A stretch of 64,000 nucleotides of DNA from Schizosaccharomyces osmophilus (taxonomy: Eukaryota), in the NCBI RefSeq assembly GCF_027921745.1, contig NC_079238.1, positions 2,232,001 to 2,296,000 of the forward strand. Reading direction: 5' to 3'. Shown here piece after piece: positions 61,144-64,000 of this stretch (positions within the stretch are counted from its first letter, which is position 1; each line of letters opens with the position of its first letter). The position numbers and the translations under genes are program-made. The notes under the pieces are model-generated. The model saw only the letters and a program-made list of their open reading frames with translations. It ran no database searches and was not told the DNA's origin.

Positions 61144-64000
61144 TCAATTAGCGGCAGAATCGACGAGCGGAGTCAAAAGATCAAAGCTACCAGTACCGAA
61201 TCGACCAACTTGGCCCATTACAAGGCGTGCTGAGGGATTAGTTAAAGTATCAACATCACCAGCTAAAGCTGCTTCAGTGAGGAAATGACAAGTAGTTTCA
61301 AAAGACATCTTAGCAAGAGGTGAAGTGTTGTATTCAATACCCATACGGTTAAACGCTTTGTAACCACCTTCAAAGGTCATGTAGTCAGCAATCAAGGAAA
61401 GATGGCGACTATCGACGCCAATACCATACACACCAAAGACTGCAGAAACTTCATTAACAATAGCATTACGGGCTGCTTCAACACCGTAAATTCTAAGGAT
61501 TGCAGCGATATCATTGGTGCTAATATCATTCATAGAAATTTCGTTGTAAAATTCCCACATAGCCTTCAAATTCACACCTTCAGTGATGACCTTAGGAACG
61601 GTATCCATAGCAGACTCAGCAGGCTTAGGGAAGCAACGAGCAATTCCAGAAATCTCATGAACAACGGTTTGTGCGCAAGCAGCTTCTACTAACGAAACCA
61701 TCAACAACTTTTCAGTGTTTATGGGGAACACCAACTCGACAGTGGCCCACTCACCATTTTGATAATCAAAATCAATGTTCTTACAATTAGGGAGGACTGT
61801 TTGTGCCGTTTGTATGTTAAAGGATCGCTTTTCGTTAATTGATGAAGCCTTCAACTTCTCAGCCTGCTTACGCTCCTTGAAATCAGTAACGCTTTCGTCA
61901 GATTTGAAGCCATCCTCCTCATCCAATTCTTCTTCCACCTTTTGTGATTTTTTCAGATCACGCATAGCGTCCTTATCACCTTCATCAGGACCATCATAAG
62001 AAGCATGTTGCTTCGAACGAGCAGCCATCTTTTCATTGGTAGCATCATTATCTTCATCCTCTAAAGATCCTTGAGCAGCACCCTCAACAGGTGCATCAGC
62101 AATATTTTCAAGAGGTCTCAAAGCCTCACCAACTTCTGGAGATGACTCATCACCAGCAGATTTCCTTTGTCTTGATTTGGAGAGGTAACCCTTAATGTTT
62201 CTGTTAAGAACACGCAGGAAAGTCGAACTTACAGTACGTTCAATTTCTTCCTGTTGGGCACCATATTCTTCTTCATACTCCTTACGGGGATACAAATCTA
62301 AATGAATAGCATAAGATTTCGATTGTTCATCAGATCCTTGGCCGGATATTCTTTCGACGACTCGAACCTGCTTGACAACTTCGGATAAAACAAGCTTGTT
62401 AACTTCCTTGCAGAAAGCAGCGGAGCGTTCTTTAGAAACGTCATCATTCAAACGCAAAGTCATCTGAGGGGTTTGAATGTTAGCACTAGCGGTCATAATA
62501 ATTTCACGCAAACGAGGAATACCCAAAGTAACGTTCTTGGCACCGAAACCAGCAAAGTGGAAAGTGTTCAATGTCATTTGAGTGGAAGGTTCACCAATGG
62601 ATTGACTAGCCAAAACACCAACACCTTCACCAGGATCGACAAGGGATTGTTGGTAGCGTAATTGCATCAGTGCTTTAAACTTGGCTTCATTCAACAAGGA
62701 CTCATCCTGTTTGCTCTCCTTTTTACCAGCGATCAATTTATCAGGATTGTTTTGAGTATAATCATCAACAGCACGTTGAAACTTCTCAGAAACACTCCCC
62801 AGATATCTACTTGGAGGGTATTTGTCCATAACAGGATCATATTTATGAGGTTTCTTAAGTGCCTTCTTAGCATAAGACGAAGCTTTTTCAGAGTCAACAG
62901 AAGACAAAACGGACTTAACCTTATACTTTTGAATCAATGACTTGTAATTCCTGGCAGAAAATTCAAATTGCGTAAGATGCTTTTGCTTGGTAACATCTAA
63001 ACTATCCTCACCATAGAAGAATTGAACAATCGAGCCATCAGCATCCCGAACAGTATGATCATATTCTACATTAAGACCTTCCAAGTGCTTCATTAAACAT
63101 CTTTGCAGATAACCAGAGCGACTGGTTTTCACAGCCGTATCGATAAGTCCTTCACGGCCAGCCATACAGTGAAAAAAGTACTCTTGGGGAGCAATACCAG
63201 TCAAGAAGCGACTAGCGATAAAGCCACCTGCCTTGGCAGAAGTCTCATAAGGCAAGAAAGAAGGAAGTGATTTACCGCTAACCATAACTGGTACACGACG
63301 ACCTTCTAGTTCTTGCTGACCAAGTAAACAAGAAATTTGAGAAACATTGACATTACTTCCTTTAGCACCGGATACAGTCATTGCTTGCATGTGATTCTTG
63401 GGGAATTTCGTAAGTAATCCATCGGGAATGCATTTATTAATAACGGAAGACGTAAGACCATTCATTTTACCCTTCACAGTAGCATCCAAGCCCTGTAGTT
63501 TTTCATCGTCACGATAGACTTCTTCTAAATTGGCGTTTAGAACGGAGAGATTAGCGTCCGAAGGCAATCCAACATACTCACTAGCAGCTTCACGACCTAA
63601 ACCCTTACCGCCGTCTAAAAGTTCTCTGCGCCAGACATTACCGATCTCACCAAGTCGCAAGTCATCCATACGACAAGTGAAGCCACGCATTTGAGCGTAC
63701 GCAGTAAAGAGACGGCTTAAAACAGATAATAAGCGACCAGCAATATCAGCACCATAAAGCTCATGAATTGAATGTACAATACCAAAGGAAGAGGCACCAA
63801 AGGATGACTTGTCTAGGACACCGCAAAGCAATTCGCCGTCCTCAAACAACACAGAGCCTTCTTCAGAGTTGGGAGACCAATATTTGCCAGCAACCTTGGC
63901 CTTACCCCTCAGATTCAGTCCCGGACGATCTATAGGCTTCAAGTTCAGTAAGATAGTAGAGATAACTTGCTTTCCTGTCCAGAATATCTTAGGAGCTACA
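61144..64000 (-). CDS. nuc1: RNA polymerase I largest subunit (Rpa190), C-terminal part; begins outside the window
   Basis: FFHCMAGREGLIDTAVKTSRSGYLQR, SIGEPSTQMTLNTFHFAG, NVTLGIPRLREI, KMSFETT; acidic Pol I-specific insertion. Confidence 0.98.
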   Translation of the reverse strand, partial: VAPKIFWTGKQVISTILLNLKPIDRPGLNLRGKAKVAGKYWSPNSEEGSVLFEDGELLCGVLDKSSFGASSFGIVHSIHELYGADIAGRLLSVLSRLFTAYAQMRGFTCRMDDLRLGEIGNVWRRELLDGGKGLGREAASEYVGLPSDANLSVLNANLEEVYRDDEKLQGLDATVKGKMNGLTSSVINKCIPDGLLTKFPKNHMQAMTVSGAKGSNVNVSQISCLLGQQELEGRRVPVMVSGKSLPSFLPYETSAKAGGFIASRFLTGIAPQEYFFHCMAGREGLIDTAVKTSRSGYLQRCLMKHLEGLNVEYDHTVRDADGSIVQFFYGEDSLDVTKQKHLTQFEFSARNYKSLIQKYKVKSVLSSVDSEKASSYAKKALKKPHKYDPVMDKYPPSRYLGSVSEKFQRAVDDYTQNNPDKLIAGKKESKQDESLLNEAKFKALMQLRYQQSLVDPGEGVGVLASQSIGEPSTQMTLNTFHFAGFGAKNVTLGIPRLREIIMTASANIQTPQMTLRLNDDVSKERSAAFCKEVNKLVLSEVVKQVRVVERISGQGSDEQSKSYAIHLDLYPRKEYEEEYGAQQEEIERTVSSTFLRVLNRNIKGYLSKSRQRKSAGDESSPEVGEALRPLENIADAPVEGAAQGSLEDEDNDATNEKMAARSKQHASYDGPDEGDKDAMRDLKKSQKVEEELDEEDGFKSDESVTDFKERKQAEKLKASSINEKRSFNIQTAQTVLPNCKNIDFDYQNGEWATVELVFPINTEKLLMVSLVEAACAQTVVHEISGIARCFPKPAESAMDTVPKVITEGVNLKAMWEFYNEISMNDISTNDIAAILRIYGVEAARNAIVNEVSAVFGVYGIGVDSRHLSLIADYMTFEGGYKAFNRMGIEYNTSPLAKMSFETTCHFLTEAALAGDVDTLTNPSARLVMGQVGRFGTGSFDLLTPLVDSAAN

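Overview
AT-rich, intron-containing fission yeast (Schizosaccharomyces) chromosomal DNA. The proteins resemble S. pombe proteins as I recall them but differ, so this is probably the octosporus/cryophilus/osmophilus clade; I cannot fix the species. I reconstructed 30 protein-coding genes by hand from GT-CTRAY-AG splice signals. Gene order and strands match my recollection of S. pombe chromosome II cosmids SPBC776, 609, 405 and 4C3: cnd1 (partial), hsk1, rpl28, cog6, ste13, utp22, mam33, Afi1-like, gpc1, sec23b, hom6, dis2, rpl29, pob3, iqw1, ptn1, an Sts5/Ssd1-like RNB pseudonuclease, rpl36, xdj1, atg16, ypt7, a DMT transporter, a lineage-specific membrane protein, ade1, thr1, dss4, sep1 and nuc1 (partial). 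Most of the window is housekeeping. The most notable observations are: (1) a 64-aa in-frame N-terminal extension of homoserine dehydrogenase that looks like a mitochondrial presequence behind a weak upstream ATG; (2) an intronless pair of bacterial-looking zinc-protein genes (GFA and CHY) interrupting synteny between rpl28 and cog6; (3) apparent absence of caf5 from its syntenic slot; (4) a CaaX box on Iqw1 visible only after splicing; (5) a consensus 5'-UTR intron in ade1. I found no tRNA, rRNA, transposon or CRISPR feature I could support. Synteny and homology statements are from memory, not from searches.
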